Source: an uncultured delta proteobacterium (GTDB taxonomy: Bacteria; Desulfobacterota; Binatia; UBA9968). Taken from it: 64,000 nucleotides of DNA. Shown in pieces: positions 59,655 to 64,000 of this stretch. The DNA lies in NCBI GenBank assembly GCA_963737905.1, contig CAVTUQ010000015.1:1-64000 (forward strand), given 5' to 3'. Made by a program: the position numbers and the translations under genes. The stretch's first letter is position 1, and every line of letters starts with the position of its first letter. A model generated the notes under the pieces. The model saw only the letters and a list, made by a program, of their open reading frames with translations. It did not search any database and was not told the DNA's origin.

Positions 59655-60412
59655 CTATGACGTCCAGATGCCCTTGGGGTCATATTTCCTGACAGCCGCG
59701 AGTTCGTCGTTGGTTGGAGGCGGCGTCTCGCATACGTCCGGGGAAACTTTCAAGGGCCAACCTGTTTCGTTTTTGATTTCTTCTACGGAAGCTCCCGGAT
59801 GGTTCGAGATCAATACCATTTCATGGGTTACGGGATCGAATGAAAAAATTCCCATGCTTGTGATTACCCGGCTTGGGCCGCCACCGGACAGGCCCCGTTG
59901 TTCACGCCAATCAGCTCCGTCGCCATAGCCCGGCGACGTGACGTAATAAACCCTGGGCTGAAAGCGCCGCTTCTCATGGTTCATGATGATAATACAGCGC
60001 TTGGCCATCGTCGCGATGTCCGCGGCGCCGCCGCTTCCAGGCAGCCGAATCCGTTTGCCGTTCTCTTCGACCCAGTGGGTATTCAAATTGCCGAAGCGAT
60101 CGACCTCAGCGCCTCCGATGAAGCCGAGATCGACCCGATTGCTTTGCAGAAGATACATGACGTCGTTCAAGCTGCCGCAACAGAGAGCGCGAGCGACGTT
60201 CGGCGGATCGCTCATGGTGAAGATCGATTCCAGCGCCGGCCAATCACGAATGACGCCGTTCTCGAAAATACCCAAGAGCATTGGGAGCATGAAGCTCCTT
60301 AGCCACCGCGAAGCCTAACAACGGCAAACGCATACCGACGAAATACTTTCTCGCCGTCACGAATCTCACGCGCCGCGGCCGCGACCATTAGTTCCCTTCG
60401 GGTATAGGTCAT
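59655..60412 (-). CDS. Family I CoA-transferase subunit B (GctB/PcaJ-like), two frameshifts
   Basis: MTYTRRELMVAAAAREIRDGE start at 60412; IFENG, EVDRFGNLN, LPGSGGA; extra bases near 60342 and 60273. Confidence 0.8.
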
Positions 60413-60413
60413 C

Positions 60414-60488
60414 GTTCAAAGTTCAAGGTTTAATGTTCAACGTTCGGAGTCCTGGGAATCCTTGAACCTGGAACCTTGAACGTTGAAC
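60414..60488. repeat. 7-mer periodic palindrome (GTTCAAx / xTTGAAC)
   Basis: Four GTTCAAx-like units followed by four inverted units. Confidence 0.8.
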
Positions 60489-60494
60489 TGAAGG

Positions 60495-60929
60495 TTAGGC
60501 CTTATTGAACGCGTCGATTCCGGCTTGCCCGATCTGCCGGTCCACCGCTGACGGGGCCCCACTGACGCCAACTGCGCCAATACATTGACCTTCCAGCGTG
60601 ATCGGAAGACCACCCTCGATGCTGATGAACCAACCCGGGCCCACACCGAGTGTTTGGGCGAGCACTTGATGATCGGGGATCTCCGCGCCTTCGCGGTTGG
60701 TTTTGCCGGTGGCGGCAGTGGTGAGCGCCGCTCCGCGAGCCTTGGCGAGTGCCAGGTGGGTGTTGTGCGTACGACCGTTGGTCATCCGTTTGAAGGCAAA
60801 CAGATGCCCGCCTGCATCGACAACGGCTATGCTCACGATCTGTTTAAGCTCCTTGGCTTTTTCGATCGCCGCGTTGACGATGATGTCCGAGCCCTCTTGT
60901 GTTAACTTGAAAGACGCCACGGCCTTCAT
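60495..60929 (-). CDS. GlcG/HbpS-family heme-binding protein
   Basis: SIAVVDAGG, ALAKA, GGLPI...GAVGVSG. Confidence 0.88.
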   Translation of the reverse strand: MKAVASFKLTQEGSDIIVNAAIEKAKELKQIVSIAVVDAGGHLFAFKRMTNGRTHNTHLALAKARGAALTTAATGKTNREGAEIPDHQVLAQTLGVGPGWFISIEGGLPITLEGQCIGAVGVSGAPSAVDRQIGQAGIDAFNKA

Positions 60930-60974
60930 AAGATTCCTCCTTATCAGTTTGATTCACGTTGGTGCTTAGAGAAA

Positions 60975-61040
60975 AGGTCCTTCACCGCGTTCAGAATGAC
61001 GGTAATTCTGCTATGTCATGCTGAGTGAAGCGAAGCATCT
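60975..61040. repeat. REP-like imperfect palindrome (GTCATGCTGAGTGAAGCGAAGCATCT)
   Basis: Right arm 61015-61040 pairs imperfectly with TCCTTCACCGCGTTCAGAATGAC. Confidence 0.55.
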
Positions 61041-61080
61041 AATTTCGTCTCACAGAAACTCGTGATTCTCAAGTGAGCCG

Positions 61081-62001
61081 CTAGTAGTTGAAACTCACGG
61101 CCGGTGCGAACAAATTTCCAGTCGGCTTCAGTTGCTTCACTCGTTCTTTGCCCAGGAGATCGAGAAACTCGCGATGATCCTTTAGCCCCAATACCCATGT
61201 TTGCAACCACTGCTCAAAGCCTTCGCGGGATCGCGCCGCCTTGTGGTACTCGAAATAAAAATTGTCATCCCGCCGAGCGTACCCTTGAGTCGGCGAAGGG
61301 TGAGAGCCGAAAGGTTGATGCACAACACTGGAAATCACGAAACCGGGTATGACATTTCGGTTCGGGTCACTCAAAATCACCTCGTGGTCCACGATCTCTT
61401 CGCAGCTAAGAATCACTTTCTTGGCAGCGAAAGCGGCCTCGCGCATCACTCCGAAGTTACCCCAGGCGTGGGCGTTGCCCTCCTTGTCCGCCCGTTGCAC
61501 GTGAAGAATGGTCACGTCCGGCCGGATCGCTCGCACGGCTAAGAGTTCTTCGTCGGTAAACGGACAGTGAATAGAAGCAAACTGACTACTGTGACGAAAA
61601 TCACTCCCTTTAACCGTCCTGGTCGGAAGAAAGGGCAGACCCGCGGCTCCGGCCTGCAATCCGAGGCCGATGGTAAAATTGGAGTGTTCCTCGATCTCGA
61701 TGGGTTGGGGAATTCCCGCTTCCGCGGCGCGGCGATAGTTGTGCCCCAACCCCGCGGCCACGTTACCAACCCAAGAGGCGACGATTCTCCTCACACAGCC
61801 TGCGCCGATGAGCTGATCAAACTGCATATCGGAGATCGGCCCAATGAGAGTCAGATTTCTTTTCCTCTGGCGGATGATTTCATAGCTCGCGGCAAATGGA
61901 ATCAACGATTCGAGGGCGCAGCCCATGGCCACGGACATGTCGTCCTGAACGTCCGCAGCGATAGCATCATGAAGCGAACGCATTTTGTCCATAACGGCCA
62001 T
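61081..62001 (-). CDS. Family I CoA-transferase subunit A (GctA/PcaI-like)
   Basis: DQLIGAGC, AGAAGLPFLP, LHVQRADKEGNA, PFGSHPS. Confidence 0.88.
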   Translation of the reverse strand: MAVMDKMRSLHDAIAADVQDDMSVAMGCALESLIPFAASYEIIRQRKRNLTLIGPISDMQFDQLIGAGCVRRIVASWVGNVAAGLGHNYRRAAEAGIPQPIEIEEHSNFTIGLGLQAGAAGLPFLPTRTVKGSDFRHSSQFASIHCPFTDEELLAVRAIRPDVTILHVQRADKEGNAHAWGNFGVMREAAFAAKKVILSCEEIVDHEVILSDPNRNVIPGFVISSVVHQPFGSHPSPTQGYARRDDNFYFEYHKAARSREGFEQWLQTWVLGLKDHREFLDLLGKERVKQLKPTGNLFAPAVSFNY

Positions 62002-62085
62002 CTGTATCTGGTAAAAAAATAGAGTTCAATCGAAATTGGGCTAGTAAAATTCATCCACGTGGCAGATAAAATCTCCGGCTTGCCG

Positions 62086-62847
62086 TTAAAAGTCGCGCAT
62101 GAGTCTCTGCGGCCGCCACTGGTTCGCTCGGCGCGCCTCTATGTAATCCGGGCGGGCGAATAGCTTCACAAGCACGACCCCTGCAACAAATCCGCCGGTA
62201 TGGGCCCAGAAGGCCACGCCGCCGACATCGCCGCCGAAGGCCGCCAGTCCGCTTACAAACTGAATGAGTAACCAATAACCGAGCATTATCCAGGCAGGCA
62301 GGGCTACGGAGGTAACGAAGAATCCAAGGAATATCAACGCGAAGACGCGTACCTTCGGATAAAGTACCAGGTAGGCGCCCATCACCCCGCTGATAGCTCC
62401 TGACGCGCCGACCATCGGAATCGCCGAGTTGGGATTCGTGAGGACCTGTCCCATGGCAGCCGCCAAACCACAGAGCAGATAGAAGATCAAAAAGCGCAGC
62501 CGTCCCATAGAATCCTCGACATTGTTACCAAAGAGCCACAGGAACCACATATTCCCTAACAGATGCATCCAGGAGCCATGCAGGAACATCGAGGTTACTA
62601 GGTGCGAGATCTGCGGGCCCGGGTCCGTAGCGCAGACTAACCCATCGCCAATCGGGAAGCTCGTCCCGACAGGAAGTGAACCCGTTAGCTCTCCGGGAAT
62701 GAGCCCAAGATTGCAGACGGATCGGGCCAGCGCCATCGTGCTGCCGGCTCCTTGTACCATGATCCAAACTAAGACGTTCAGCGCGATAATCACCCCCGTG
62801 ACTATGGCCGCGCGCAGCGTCTCATTTTCATCACGATAGGGAAACAT
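62086..62847 (-). CDS. Rhomboid intramembrane serine protease
   Basis: SMFLHG..HLLGNM, VGASGAI, AFWAHTGG. Confidence 0.92.
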   Translation of the reverse strand: MFPYRDENETLRAAIVTGVIIALNVLVWIMVQGAGSTMALARSVCNLGLIPGELTGSLPVGTSFPIGDGLVCATDPGPQISHLVTSMFLHGSWMHLLGNMWFLWLFGNNVEDSMGRLRFLIFYLLCGLAAAMGQVLTNPNSAIPMVGASGAISGVMGAYLVLYPKVRVFALIFLGFFVTSVALPAWIMLGYWLLIQFVSGLAAFGGDVGGVAFWAHTGGFVAGVVLVKLFARPDYIEARRANQWRPQRLMRDF

Positions 62848-63156
62848 ATTGGCTTATCCTCCTACGTCGTCGCTTCGATCAGGACGTCTGCCAGTGGAAA
62901 ATCGACAAAATCAGGCAACGTGAGCCGCCTGTTCCGCAATACTTTACATATCAGATGTCACTTGCCAAGATATAGCGCGGCAGGAGTCCCTCCGGGAGTT
63001 TCAAGCGAAACACATGGCTACGAGCAACGACTATCAAAACCAAACGCATCGCGGCGGAAATAGAAGCTTGACAAGTTTTTCGCAAATGAAGGATATTTGT
63101 ATTACTGGGTCTCAAGTTCTGAGATCCGCTCGGCATACACTATCGGAAGGCTCACC

Positions 63157-64000
63157 ATGAAGATTACACGCATTAGATCACAGATTATGAAACTGCCCGC
63201 CGAGGAGCCGCTTGCCGGTGGGCCCGGTTTTTACCGTCCGTTTTTCGAGTTCGTGACCTTGCGAATGGAAACGGACACCGGGATCGAAGGGATCGGCGTC
63301 ACTTTCTTTGGCGGGACTCTCACGACAACGCTGAAGCACGCCGTAGACCAACTCAGCGAACTGGTGATAGGCGAAGATCCAATGCGCATCGAGGCCATTG
63401 GCCGCAAGGTTCGCGCTGCGGCGGGTCGGAGCCGGCCCTGGCGGGATAGCCACTTTGGCTTTCTCTGCCATCGACATGGCGCTCTGGGATATCAAGGGCA
63501 AGGCCCTCGGCCAATCACTTGCCATGATGCTCGGCGGGCTGCGCGACCGCGTTGCCACCTATGCCAGCGGCGCATTGTCGCGGACCTCGCCACTGGAGCA
63601 CGTCGTCAAGGCGGGGCCGGTGCTCGTGGAGAAGGGTTTCAAGCAGATGAAGATGCAGCTCGCGCTCCCGGGTGATACGACGCCCGCGCGCGAAGTGGAG
63701 CGCGCCAGGCTCATTCGTGAAGCCGTCGGGCCGGATATCGATCTGATGTGCGATATCAATCAGCGCTGGAGCGTCAATCAGGCGATCGACATCGGGCGGC
63801 GGGTAGAGGAATTTCACCTGTTTTGGCTCGAAGACGTGAGCGTGCATGACGACTATGCCGGGCTCGCCCGTGTCGCTGATGCGCTGGCTACGCCGCTGGC
63901 TGGCGGCGAGTGTGTTTACGGCATCACGCCTTTCCGGCACATGATCGAGGCGCGCTCGGTGGACATCGTCATGATCGATCTCTTGCGCGTGGGCGGCATC
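63157..64000 (+). CDS. Mandelate racemase / enolase superfamily enzyme (frameshift ~63426; runs off window)
   Basis: LRMETDTGIEGIG, then in the shifted frame SAIDMALWDIKGK, MKM, CDINQRW, WLED, GGE. Confidence 0.85.

Overview
GC-rich bacterial chromosome segment. The expansions of UbiD, xanthine-dehydrogenase-family trios, bicupins and Fe3+-type solute-binding proteins suggest a soil Deltaproteobacteria/Binatia-like genome (inference). About ten single-base frameshifts in otherwise intact genes point to long-read assembly error. Blocks: (1) 1-9.7 kb, redox/S-Se locus with a selenocysteine peroxiredoxin missed by the ORF track (in-frame TGA at the peroxidatic site plus a SECIS-like hairpin), ygfZ, a LysR regulator, an ATAG-N7-CTAT-N7-ATAG operator, two BCP peroxiredoxins and a stand-alone fungal-Egt1-like sulfoxide synthase. 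(2) 9.7-24.6 kb, two Mo-hydroxylase trios, accessory enzymes and a UbiD. (3) A cysS N-terminal remnant, a LysM gene and a 5-kb integrase-less island at tRNA-Arg bounded by 46-bp att repeats, carrying an orphan PD-(D/E)xK-like gene, an S74-chaperone adhesin and a truncated IS1380. (4) mutT-slt-pgsA-tRNA-Gly. (5) 35.5-58.9 kb, a catabolic cluster with four further UbiD genes plus a fragment (two lack the catalytic Arg), two bicupins, three tandem SBPs, a Mo-hydroxylase, TAXI-like proteins, an amidohydrolase and a heme-oxygenase-like enzyme. (6) ppi, CoA-transferase, rhomboid and enolase-superfamily genes. Several periodic intergenic palindromes are scattered throughout. All calls come from reading motifs; no database searches were run.
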